This document shows, one piece after another, positions 38,441 through 46,676 of a stretch of 64,000 bases of DNA. The notes beneath the pieces are model-generated. The model ran no database searches and was not told the origin of the DNA. It saw only the letters and a list, made by a program, of their open reading frames with translations. Both the position numbers and the translations under genes were made by a program. The first letter of the stretch is position 1; each line of letters opens with the position of its first letter. The stretch covers positions 75,914-139,913 of the forward strand of contig CALKWM010000013.1 in the NCBI GenBank assembly GCA_938004065.1. Direction: 5' to 3'. Source of the stretch: an uncultured bacterium (lineage in GTDB: Bacteria > Patescibacteriota > JAHJAL01).

Positions 38441-38571
38441 ATCGACTCCGATGGCAATCCGAACGTGTTCAATCTGAACTACAACGACGACCAGCTGAAG
38501 CTGAATGCGAACAACGCTGAGCCGGACAAGCACTGGAATTCTGACAATCATTGGGTCTTCTCTGCCCGCAA
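38441..38571 (+). repeat. DGR template repeat (TR)
   Basis: Adenine-rich copy of the VR. Every TR-VR difference maps to a TR adenine. The overlapping ORF 38390-38710 is judged non-coding. Confidence 0.85.
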
Positions 38572-38594
38572 TTATGCTCTTTTCCGTGACTTGA

Positions 38595-38915
38595 TCACAA
38601 ATCGCGGTTTTTTCTGGCTGGGTTATCTAGGTTTTTATGCCAGCCGCCCAGCATCCGACCGGCTTCGATTAATTTCTCGGAAATTGCTGTATATTTGCCA
38701 TTGGGAATGATCCTGGCTTCCCAAGCTATTGAAGTCAGGAATTTAAGGACATCGAGAGTTAGGATGCATTTGGTTAGCTGATCTTTTTTCTGATCTTTGG
38801 CGGAATAGTAGGCGGCATGTGTCAATTCCAACAGATCGAGAAATTTATTTTCAATTCTTTGGCCGATAGTAAAACGGGAGGTTTTGGGAATATGGGGAAC
38901 AAGATCAATCCACAA
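38595..38915 (-). CDS. avd: DGR accessory variability determinant (Avd-like four-helix-bundle protein)
   Basis: 106 aa. Resembles the four-helix-bundle / 23S-rRNA-intervening-sequence protein family (TIGQRIENKFLDLLELTHAAYY...) to which Avd belongs. Sits between the TR and the RT. Confidence 0.7.
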   Translation of the reverse strand: MWIDLVPHIPKTSRFTIGQRIENKFLDLLELTHAAYYSAKDQKKDQLTKCILTLDVLKFLTSIAWEARIIPNGKYTAISEKLIEAGRMLGGWHKNLDNPARKNRDL

Positions 38916-38962
38916 CAGATATCCCTCTTTGATCCGAAAGAGGATCGAAGGAAGTTCTTTAC

Positions 38963-38981
38963 GAGAGAGAGAGAGAGAGAG
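38963..38981. repeat. (GA)9 dinucleotide microsatellite between the avd and RT genes
   Basis: gagagagagagagagagag read directly from the sequence. Confidence 0.8.
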
Positions 38982-39034
38982 TAAGAAGGCGGCCGCGATT
39001 TCATAGTTATGAAGATATTATTTCAATAGATAAT

Positions 39035-39988
39035 TTGTTGGAGGCCTGGCGGGAATTTTTACGGGGTAAAAGAAAAAGAAAAGATGTAGCCGAGTTTTCA
39101 TTGAACCTGGCTGACAATATTATTTTACTGCATCGCGAGTTGTCTAACCAAACTTATTGCCATGGATCATATCAATCATTCAGAATTAATGATCCCAAGC
39201 CCAGGCAAATTCACAAAGCCAGTGTTCGTGACCGACTGGTGCATCATGCGGTTTATCGCGTTCTATACTCTTATTTTGACTGCAAATTTATCTTCGACTC
39301 CTATTCCTGTCGGCAAAAGAAAGGCACACATCGAGCTATTAACCGATTTCGAGAATTTGGGCGAAAAGTCTATCGCAACCATACTAAAACAGTTTGGGTA
39401 TTGAAGTGTGATATTAAAAAATTCTTTGCCAGCATTGATCAAGTGATTTTACTGGATATATTGAGAAAATACATTTCAGATGAAAAAGTTATGTGGCTAT
39501 TGGGACAGATTATTGACAGTTATTTTGAAAAAGGAAAGAATTTAGTTGGCCTGCCACTTGGTAATTTGACCAGCCAGTTGCTGGTTAATATTTATATGAA
39601 TGAGTTTGATCAATTTGTAAAAAGAGAACTGCGAGCAAAGTATTATATCCGTTATGCGGATGATTTTGTGGTTTTATCGAAGGATAGAAAATATCTGGAA
39701 AATTTATTGCCGACGATAGAAAGAATTTTGGAAGAGAGATTGAAGCTATCTTTACATCCGGAAAAATTATTTATTAAAACGCTCGCTTCTGGGATTGATT
39801 TCCTGGGATGGGTGCATTTTCCCCATCATCGAGTGCTGCGCACAACTACCAAAAGAAGGATGATGAAGAAATTACGCAGCAAAGAGCCAGAGGCTGGCAT
39901 GCTCGAATCATATCTGGGACTACTATTACATGGCAATACGTGGAAGTTAATGAAAAAATTGGATTGTATGTTGAGAGCGAATGAATAG
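39035..39988 (+). CDS. DGR reverse transcriptase
   Basis: RT motifs include YIRYADDFVVL (YADD). The DGR-specific motif-4 variant is LPLGNLTSQLLVNIY (LGxxxSQ in place of the group II QGxxxSP). Apparent TTG start. The in-frame upstream peptide SYEDIISIDNLLEAWREF suggests an earlier non-ATG start. Confidence 0.85.
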   Translation: MLEAWREFLRGKRKRKDVAEFSLNLADNIILLHRELSNQTYCHGSYQSFRINDPKPRQIHKASVRDRLVHHAVYRVLYSYFDCKFIFDSYSCRQKKGTHRAINRFREFGRKVYRNHTKTVWVLKCDIKKFFASIDQVILLDILRKYISDEKVMWLLGQIIDSYFEKGKNLVGLPLGNLTSQLLVNIYMNEFDQFVKRELRAKYYIRYADDFVVLSKDRKYLENLLPTIERILEERLKLSLHPEKLFIKTLASGIDFLGWVHFPHHRVLRTTTKRRMMKKLRSKEPEAGMLESYLGLLLHGNTWKLMKKLDCMLRANE

Positions 39989-40119
39989 CTAGTGAGCGAG
40001 GGTGTGGGGTAATAGTTGGCTCTCTATAAAACAAGTTCTAACATCGTGTATTGCATCCGCCCAAGGCGGACAGGCTGGAGTTTAGTTTTTGAAAGCACGC
40101 TTTGTAGGCGTGTTTTTGC
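39989..40119 (+). repeat. Repeat family B copy 4, carrying a nested GC palindrome
   Basis: ctagtgagcgagggtgtggggtaatag...gttctaacatcgtgtattgc, then the inserted atccgcccaaggcggacaggct, then ggagttt, then the terminator gcacgctttgtaggcgtgtttttgc. Confidence 0.6.
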
Positions 40120-40231
40120 TATATGGTATAAAGATTTATGGGAATATCAATGATTATTGCAAGAAATTCTGTTTGCATGTCGTAATAGGTAGTGCATACC
40201 TGTGGGGACTCTTTAGATTATTTCTATTTCA

Positions 40232-41005
40232 ATGCTAAAAGATATCAGAAAATTTAATCGGTTTGAGTTGAAATATGTGATTACACTTGATCAGTTGGAG
40301 CGATTGCGAAATATCGTGACCGATTTTGCTGTGCCCGATCAGCGGGGGAATAAAGAGGGTAAATACGTTATTTCCAGTTTGTATTACGACGGTGATGATT
40401 ATCGGTTTTATTGGGAAAAGGTGGAGGGTTTGAAATTCCGGCGCAAATTGCGTATCAGGCATTATGAGACGGATAAAAAATTGGGACCTAATTCAAAGGT
40501 TTTTGTGGAGATCAAGCAGAGAGTGGATCGAGTTACTCAAAAACGACGAGTGGCGATGAAGTACAAAGAAGCGTTGCAGTTGTGTGACGGGCGGGAGATT
40601 CCGGGTGGTTTTGAGAATGATCCGGTGGTGGAGGAGATATATTCGATGCTGCAAATTTATGACCTCAAGCCCAAAGCCATTACCAGTTATTGGCGACAGG
40701 CGTTTGTCGGGCATGATTATGATATGGGTTTAAGGGTGACGTTTGATACTGATTTACGTTACCGGGTGGATGATCTGGATTTGGCGTCGAAGAAGATTGG
40801 TGATTTTTTGATTTCACCGAAGTTGGCGGTGTTGGAGATAAAGGTGAATGAGCGCGTGCCGTATTGGATAACAGAAGTGGTGGCCAGTCAGAATGTTCGA
40901 CTGGTGAGAATCAGTAAATATTGCCAGGTGATTGAGATGGCGGGGTTGGTTCCTAAAAATCAATATTATATAAATTATTTGAATTCATTAGTTAGGAGTA
41001 ATTAG
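40232..41005 (+). CDS. VTC/CYTH-like (polyphosphate-polymerase-domain) protein
   Basis: The N-terminal FELKYVI (ExK) start of a triphosphate-tunnel fold. This is the family that usually pairs with DUF4956 and CotH genes. Confidence 0.5.
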   Translation: MLKDIRKFNRFELKYVITLDQLERLRNIVTDFAVPDQRGNKEGKYVISSLYYDGDDYRFYWEKVEGLKFRRKLRIRHYETDKKLGPNSKVFVEIKQRVDRVTQKRRVAMKYKEALQLCDGREIPGGFENDPVVEEIYSMLQIYDLKPKAITSYWRQAFVGHDYDMGLRVTFDTDLRYRVDDLDLASKKIGDFLISPKLAVLEIKVNERVPYWITEVVASQNVRLVRISKYCQVIEMAGLVPKNQYYINYLNSLVRSN

Positions 41006-41007
41006 TT

Positions 41008-41700
41008 ATGGACCAGTTAATGGAAATCTTAAATTTTCAGGATTTGACCGGGACTTTTTCGGTGACGGATGTTGTTTTGTCACTGGTGTTAAGTTTTGTA
41101 CTCACATCTTTTATCGGTTGGCTGTATCAGAAGACGCATAAGGGAACATCATATACTCAGAGTTATGTGCATACGCTGGTGCTGATGGGAATGGTAGTGA
41201 GTATTATTATGTTGATCGTGGGATCGAATATTGCCCGGGCGTTTTCGCTGGTGGGAGCGCTGTCGATAATTCGTTTTCGTAATGCGGTTAAAGAAACTCG
41301 GGATGTCGGTTTTATCTTTTTTGCGATGGCGATTGGGATGGCAACAGGAACCAAGTTTTATCTGCTGGCGGTGATTGCGACAGTGATTATCAGTCTGGTG
41401 ATATTGCTAATGAATCGATTTGACTGGTTTTCGCGAAGGATGAGTGGCCAGATATTAAAAATTCAGTTAAATAATGATGAAGATTATGAAACTATTTTTA
41501 ATGATGTGTTTGTAAAATATACAGATGTGGCTGAGTTAATCAGTGCTGATTCGGTGCGGTCAGGATTGTTGACGGAATTGGTGTATAACGCGACGTTGAA
41601 AAAGGGAGTAAAAAAACAGGAATTTGTTTCGGAGATTAGGAAGCTAAATGGAAATTTGAAGGTGACATTATTGACCGGATATAATTCAATGGATTTGTAA
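41008..41700 (+). CDS. DUF4956-like membrane protein
   Basis: Four TM helices followed by a soluble C-terminal domain. Conserved neighbour of VTC and CotH genes. Confidence 0.5.
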   Translation: MDQLMEILNFQDLTGTFSVTDVVLSLVLSFVLTSFIGWLYQKTHKGTSYTQSYVHTLVLMGMVVSIIMLIVGSNIARAFSLVGALSIIRFRNAVKETRDVGFIFFAMAIGMATGTKFYLLAVIATVIISLVILLMNRFDWFSRRMSGQILKIQLNNDEDYETIFNDVFVKYTDVAELISADSVRSGLLTELVYNATLKKGVKKQEFVSEIRKLNGNLKVTLLTGYNSMDL

Positions 41701-41701
41701 T

Positions 41702-43333
41702 ATGAATTTGAACTGGCGACGAAATTATTGGATAGTTCTAGCTCTGCTGAGTGTGGTGGGGCTATTGTTGCTAATGGGTGACTATCGGATAATTTCGTAT
41801 AACTGGCTGGTGGAGAAGGAAGATGAGGAGTTGGTTGGCAATAATTATGATAATACTGTGTACTTATTTGATGACTCGCAGGTGCATGATATTGAGATCG
41901 CGATCAGTGATGAGAATTATGATAAGATGATAGCGACATATCAGGAAACGGGCGAGAAGGATTATTTTCCGGCTGATGTGGTAATAGATGGGGTGACGAT
42001 AGAGAATGTCGGGGTGAGGTTAAAAGGGAATATGACCTTGAGAACTGTATTGGGAGAAGGTGGTGGCGAGGCGGAATTTGGTCCCGGTGGAGGAATGGGT
42101 CAGGATGGTCCGTCCGGTGGTTTTGGTGGTAGAGGAGAAAGGCCCGATTTACCTGATGGCATGGAAATGCCGGAAGGTATGAATTTTCCCGGGGGTGGTG
42201 ATGGAGAAGGTGATATGTCTTTACCGGTGGGAATGGGTATGCAGATGGAAATGACGGAAGAGTTACAGGATCGTTTGCCGATGTTGGTGAGGTTTGATGA
42301 ATATGTGGCCGGGCAAACCTATCAGGGTTTGAGCGAGATAGCACTGCGAATTGCGACGGGAGATGATGCTTTTAGTTTGTTGAATGAGCAGGTGGCTTAT
42401 GGAGCGCATAAGGTGGTTGGACAGATAGTGCCGGAGACTGCTTATGTAGCAGTACAAGTTGATGGTCAGGAGCAGTATGTATATGTGGTATCAGAAGTGA
42501 TAAATGAGGAATATGTTGAAAAACATTTTGGGGGTGATGGAGTTTTGTATAAAGCGGACAATTTTGTAGGATTTGATTATCTGGGAGATGATCCGACTTT
42601 GTATGTCGAAAAATATGAGCAGAAGACTATGATAAATGACTATGATCTGAAATATTTGATTGAGTTTTTGAAGTTTGTGGATCAGTCGAGTGATGAGGAG
42701 TTTGAGTCACAGTTGTCTGGCTGGCTGGATATAGATTTGTTGATGCGGATGTTGGCACTGGATGAGTTACTGACCAACAATGATTCATTCGGTGGAATGG
42801 GCAGTAATTATTATTTGTATTATGATCTTGATGAGGAAAAATTTTATTTTTTGAGTTGGGATATGAATCTGGCAATGGGTAATATGGGGGGTGGTGGACA
42901 AGGAATGCCGGGACAGATGGGATTTGATCGGGGTGAATTTGGTGACTTAGGAGAGGGGATGGGTGAAGAAGGTTTATTGCCGGAAGGATTTGAGTCGCCA
43001 GAAGGTTTTAACGGAGCCGAAGGATTTGGACCGGGTGGAAGGCAAGGATCAAACAAACTGAAAGAAAGATTTATGGCCAATGAAAAATATAAGCAGATGT
43101 ATGACGAAGTTTATGAAAGTCTGAAGAAAATGTTATTTGATGGGGGTTATCTGGAAAAACGAGCTGATTATTTGTCAGGAGTGTTTTTGGATTGGAATGA
43201 ATACACTGGATTAATGAATGAAGAAGATTATATCAATGGACTGGAGACGCTGAAGGATTTTATTGCTAATGGTCCCAAAAATGAGAGTTTTGGAGATGGA
43301 GTTGAGGCGGTAGATGAATTTCCAGCAAACTAG
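41702..43333 (+). CDS. CotH-family (atypical kinase-like) protein with Gly/Met/Glu-rich low-complexity inserts
   Basis: CotH core ...GVRLKGN..., ...NYYLYYDLDEEKFYFLSWDMNLAMG.... Two G/M/E/P-rich inserts. N-terminal TM/signal segment. Confidence 0.65.
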   Translation: MNLNWRRNYWIVLALLSVVGLLLLMGDYRIISYNWLVEKEDEELVGNNYDNTVYLFDDSQVHDIEIAISDENYDKMIATYQETGEKDYFPADVVIDGVTIENVGVRLKGNMTLRTVLGEGGGEAEFGPGGGMGQDGPSGGFGGRGERPDLPDGMEMPEGMNFPGGGDGEGDMSLPVGMGMQMEMTEELQDRLPMLVRFDEYVAGQTYQGLSEIALRIATGDDAFSLLNEQVAYGAHKVVGQIVPETAYVAVQVDGQEQYVYVVSEVINEEYVEKHFGGDGVLYKADNFVGFDYLGDDPTLYVEKYEQKTMINDYDLKYLIEFLKFVDQSSDEEFESQLSGWLDIDLLMRMLALDELLTNNDSFGGMGSNYYLYYDLDEEKFYFLSWDMNLAMGNMGGGGQGMPGQMGFDRGEFGDLGEGMGEEGLLPEGFESPEGFNGAEGFGPGGRQGSNKLKERFMANEKYKQMYDEVYESLKKMLFDGGYLEKRADYLSGVFLDWNEYTGLMNEEDYINGLETLKDFIANGPKNESFGDGVEAVDEFPAN

Positions 43334-43405
43334 TGAGGAGGGGTGTGGGGTAACTAGCATGTAACCACTAAAGCGGTTCGAACTAAAGTGTCCACCGAAT
43401 CGGCG
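43329..43405 (+). repeat. Repeat family B copy 5 (box 1 supplies the TAG stop of the CotH gene)
   Basis: aaactagtgaggaggggtgtggggtaactagcatgtaacc, then gcggttcgaac...ccaccgaatcggcgg. Confidence 0.55.
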
Positions 43406-43539
43406 GATGCATGGATTATTTAGATGAGAGGAACCGAGCTTTACTCTCGTAGTTCGCTACTCTCATTGTTCCCCTTTGTTAAGGAATAAAAAAAGACCAA
43501 ATGAATGGTTATTTATGAAAAATCAATGTATCTAGTTGT

Positions 43540-43758
43540 TTATTTTGATTTGCGTAGGTTGAAAATTAACATTATCCAAATGATTATATTGATCGAGCCA
43601 TAAATATATGTTTGTTGATAGCTTCTAGGACCAGCGCAATCTGCACAAAAACTGCAACTTGGAATGCATAGATTAGAAATTATTTGATATGAGTCAAAAC
43701 ATAAGTAAAGAGTAATTATGGCAAGAGCAAGTAGGATGATGGAAAATATGTATTTCAT
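43540..43758 (-). CDS. Small Cys-rich membrane protein, hypothetical
   Basis: 72 aa with an N-terminal TM helix and a CxxxC...C cluster. Confidence 0.3.
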   Translation of the reverse strand: MKYIFSIILLALAIITLYLCFDSYQIISNLCIPSCSFCADCAGPRSYQQTYIYGSINIIIWIMLIFNLRKSK

Positions 43759-43890
43759 TAATACTAGTTTTGTAATTTATTTCTGTATTTTTATTATATG
43801 ATATTTTTAAGAAAAATATTGTTGTGTACTAAATTAACAAATGTGTTATGATTGATTAAGGAAAGATATTTTATTTGATTTTTGTAAAAA

Positions 43891-44373
43891 GTGAGGGAAG
43901 TTATGAATTTTGAAAGTGTAAATTTTGGACCAAAGACCTATCTGGGTATTCGAAAGATATTAACTTTTGAAGAGATGAAAGATGGGAAAAATTATGAGTA
44001 TGCGTTTGGAAAAGTGATGGGGTATTTAGGGGAAAAAGGCATGGTACCGGTAGGTCCGCCGGTTAGCATTTATTTTTCCTGGGATGAAGTGAACCAGAAA
44101 ACGGAAATGGGGATCGGATTTCCTGTTGAAGGTTTGACAGAGGTTGAGGATGGGGAATTGGTGTTAATGCCGATTGAGGAAAGCAAAGCGGTCAAGGTGT
44201 TGCACGTTGGTGATTATATGAAGTTAAAAGATACGCATGATGCGTTGATGAAATATCTACAGGAGAACAATTTGGAATTTGATAAATATGCGATCGAGGA
44301 ATATTTGACGGATGCCAACAGAGAACCGGACGTGTCAAAATGGATGACAAATGTTTACTATACAGTGAAGTGA
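43891..44373 (+). CDS. GyrI-like/effector-binding-domain protein (tentative)
   Basis: 160 aa. The pattern GPKTYLGIR...FEEM...YEYAFGKVMGYL resembles the small-molecule-binding GyrI-like fold. Confidence 0.4.
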   Translation: MREVMNFESVNFGPKTYLGIRKILTFEEMKDGKNYEYAFGKVMGYLGEKGMVPVGPPVSIYFSWDEVNQKTEMGIGFPVEGLTEVEDGELVLMPIEESKAVKVLHVGDYMKLKDTHDALMKYLQENNLEFDKYAIEEYLTDANREPDVSKWMTNVYYTVK

Positions 44374-44555
44374 TTTTTTTAAATATTTGTTAGAGAGTTA
44401 AAAAAAGTCTTGCCGGATCAAGGTGAGACTTTTTTGAAAAATATTTTGTTTTTTACTAAAAATATGAAGAGTGAATTTTTTATAGTATTAGTTTTTATTT
44501 GTTATAGTTAAATTATAGCAATGGTGATTGTATGGATATAATTTAAATTTAATGA

Positions 44556-45146
44556 ATGAATAGATTTTTTAGCAAGAATCGAATTGAGGCATTGACGGAT
44601 GGGATATTTGCGATTGCTATGACGATTTTGGTACTAAATATCGATGTGTCGAAAATTTCCGAGATGGTGTCGCGAGGTGGTTTGGATAGTGCTTTGTGGG
44701 AGATGTTTCCGATTTTTTACAGTTATTTTTTGGGTTTTTTTCTGCTGGCGATTTTGTGGCTTTCTCAAAACAAACAATATTTGCATGTAAAAAAAGTTGA
44801 TGCAAATTATCTTTGGATAAATTTATTAGGATTGATGTTGATTTCGCTGATACCTTTTTCGACATCATTGATAAGTGAGTATGGCGATGAATTGGTAGCG
44901 GCGATTTTTTTTCATGCAAATTTGATGTTGGCGGGATTGGTTTATGCATGGTCGTGGGTTTATATTTCCGGTAAAAAGGAATTACAAGTTGAAAAAATTA
45001 GTCCCAATCTATATAAAAATGCGTTGTATAGAAATCTTTTGTTGCCAGTGGTGGCTATGATAGCGATCGGTTTGGTTTTTTTATCACCGGATTGGAGCTC
45101 GATTATGTATTTGTTGATACCGGTCGCAAAAAGGTATATAAAATAA
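44556..45146 (+). CDS. TMEM175/DUF1211-family membrane protein (putative K+ channel homologue)
   Basis: The N-terminus RIEALTDGIFAIAMTILVLNI matches the conserved DUF1211 start. Confidence 0.6.
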   Translation: MNRFFSKNRIEALTDGIFAIAMTILVLNIDVSKISEMVSRGGLDSALWEMFPIFYSYFLGFFLLAILWLSQNKQYLHVKKVDANYLWINLLGLMLISLIPFSTSLISEYGDELVAAIFFHANLMLAGLVYAWSWVYISGKKELQVEKISPNLYKNALYRNLLLPVVAMIAIGLVFLSPDWSSIMYLLIPVAKRYIK

Positions 45147-45202
45147 AATTTTTTTAATGAGTGAGATGTTTCGTTATGTTTTGGTAAATTAATGAATAAA
45201 TT

Positions 45203-45883
45203 ATGAAAAATTATATATTTGCCGGAGTAGTGGTATTTGGTGTGGCATTGTTCGTTTGGTGGTTTTTAAGTGATTATAATTCAACTGGTATGCCAGATAG
45301 TGAGCCGATGGATATGTCAGTACCGGCACAAGTTATAGATACCAATAGTGGCACATTGACGCGGTCGGATATGATGGATAAAAAAGATGAGCCAATTGAT
45401 CGTTCGGCTGAAAGGGTGACAAAAAAACCATTTGGTATTTTAGTTACACCGGCAACATCCCCGGTGCAACCGGAAAAATTTAGTGGGTATCATACCGGAG
45501 TGGATTTTGAGGTGTTTGAAGATGAAATCAATGAATTTGTAAATGTTAAGGCCATATGTGACGGAAGAGTATTGGCCAAAGAATGGGTGGGAGGATATGG
45601 CGGGGTGGTAGTAACAAGTTGTTTGTTGGATGGGGAACAGGTGACGGTTTTGTACGGTCATTTGAATTTGGAAAGTGAAGGTGTAAATGTTTGGGATCAA
45701 ATTTCGGCCGGTGATGAAGTGGGGACTTTGGGTAGTGCTTTTAGCGAACAAACAGATGGCGAGCGGAAACATTTGCATTTAGGAATTCATCGTGGTGAGA
45801 TGGTGGTTTATACCGGTTATGTTGACCAGGAATCCAAGTTATCCGATTGGATTGATCCTTGCAGGTTATTGTGTGGTGAATAA
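45203..45883 (+). CDS. M23-family (LytM-like) metallopeptidase
   Basis: N-terminal TM helix. HTGVDF (HxxxD) and HLHLGIH (HxH) motifs. Confidence 0.65.
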   Translation: MKNYIFAGVVVFGVALFVWWFLSDYNSTGMPDSEPMDMSVPAQVIDTNSGTLTRSDMMDKKDEPIDRSAERVTKKPFGILVTPATSPVQPEKFSGYHTGVDFEVFEDEINEFVNVKAICDGRVLAKEWVGGYGGVVVTSCLLDGEQVTVLYGHLNLESEGVNVWDQISAGDEVGTLGSAFSEQTDGERKHLHLGIHRGEMVVYTGYVDQESKLSDWIDPCRLLCGE

Positions 45884-46072
45884 ATTTTGAATGATTTTGT
45901 CAGGATTGCGGTGGTTAAAAAGAAGAAAAAAGTATTTAAAAAACGAAATTTGTAATGATGTTTATATATGAAAAATGATAGGCAAAAATGTTTCATAAAA
46001 AAAAGTATTGCAACATATCCCATAATGTGCTACAATTGGTTTGTAATGGGAAATATCCAATAACTAACAATC

Positions 46073-46351
46073 ATGGGCAGACCAAGAAAATTTCGTCGCA
46101 TTCGTTTTCGAGCCAAATCTAATTATTTCAAGCCACAAGGGATACCAATGTGGATGTTGGAAGAAGTGATAATGGAAAAAGATGAAATGGAGGTTGTGAG
46201 ATTGTGTGATTTAAATGGTGATAACATGATTGAAGCGGCTGACAAAATGGGGCTTTCAAAATCGACAGTTCATCGAATTTTGGCTTCCGCTCATGGCAAG
46301 ATTGCCGAAGCATTGATCAAAGGCAAGGCAATCAATATTGGTCGAGAGTGA
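46073..46351 (+). CDS. DUF134/UPF0251-family predicted DNA-binding protein
   Basis: MGRPRKFRRIRF...YFKPQG...LSKSTVHRIL matches the conserved DUF134 N-terminus and HTH. Confidence 0.6.
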   Translation: MGRPRKFRRIRFRAKSNYFKPQGIPMWMLEEVIMEKDEMEVVRLCDLNGDNMIEAADKMGLSKSTVHRILASAHGKIAEALIKGKAINIGRE

Positions 46352-46395
46352 TATTTCCTAAGAATATTTATTAGTAATTATTAAGAGGTGTTATT

Positions 46396-46620
46396 ATGCC
46401 AAATATGGATGGAACCGGACCAAATGGAGCTGGTCCGATGACTGGACGAGGAATGGGTCCGTGTGGACAAGGCAGAGGTATGGGCAGGGGTCGAAGAATG
46501 GGTCGTGGTAGAGGAAATTGCGGTGTGATGCCATATCAGCCGACCAAGGAAGAGTACAAGAAAATGCTAAAGGAAGAGATCGAAGATTTGCAGAATGAAT
46601 TGAAGGAATTGGATAATTAA
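46396..46620 (+). CDS. DUF5320-family Gly/Arg-rich small protein
   Basis: MPNMDGTGPNGAGPMTGRGMGPCGQGRG... followed by a C-terminal coiled coil. This is the usual partner of DUF134 genes. Confidence 0.55.
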   Translation: MPNMDGTGPNGAGPMTGRGMGPCGQGRGMGRGRRMGRGRGNCGVMPYQPTKEEYKKMLKEEIEDLQNELKELDN

Positions 46621-46676
46621 TACAGAAAAAAATGATCGCTTGGAAAGCTATTCAAGCGATCATTTTCTGGTCATAA

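Noticed and set aside
38390-38710. 106-aa ORF that overlaps the DGR template repeat and whose translation resembles the target C-termini
   Set aside because: The similarity arises because the TR is a DNA copy of the VR. The ORF is adenine-rich at exactly the variable positions, has no independent start context, and overlaps avd on the other strand. It is called a non-coding TR.
39035-39988. Interpreting the RT as a group II intron maturase
   Set aside because: The LGNLTSQ motif is present instead of the group II QGxxxSP. No intron domain V/VI-like RNA structure and no 5' GUGYG boundary are apparent. A cognate TR/VR pair with adenine-specific differences and an Avd-like gene are present.
28306-43405. 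Repeat family B as integron attC sites
   Set aside because: No IntI-type tyrosine integrase is in the window. Convincing R''/L''-L'/R' core sites (RYYYAAC...GTTRRRY) could not be found. The cassette-like layout is noted as a finding but not called.
17783-43450. A direct repeat of the tRNA-Asn 3' end marking the distal island boundary
   Set aside because: I searched by eye for ttcgagcccc/ccccggag-like segments downstream and none was found. Serine recombinases need only very short core identity, so the boundary remains undefined.
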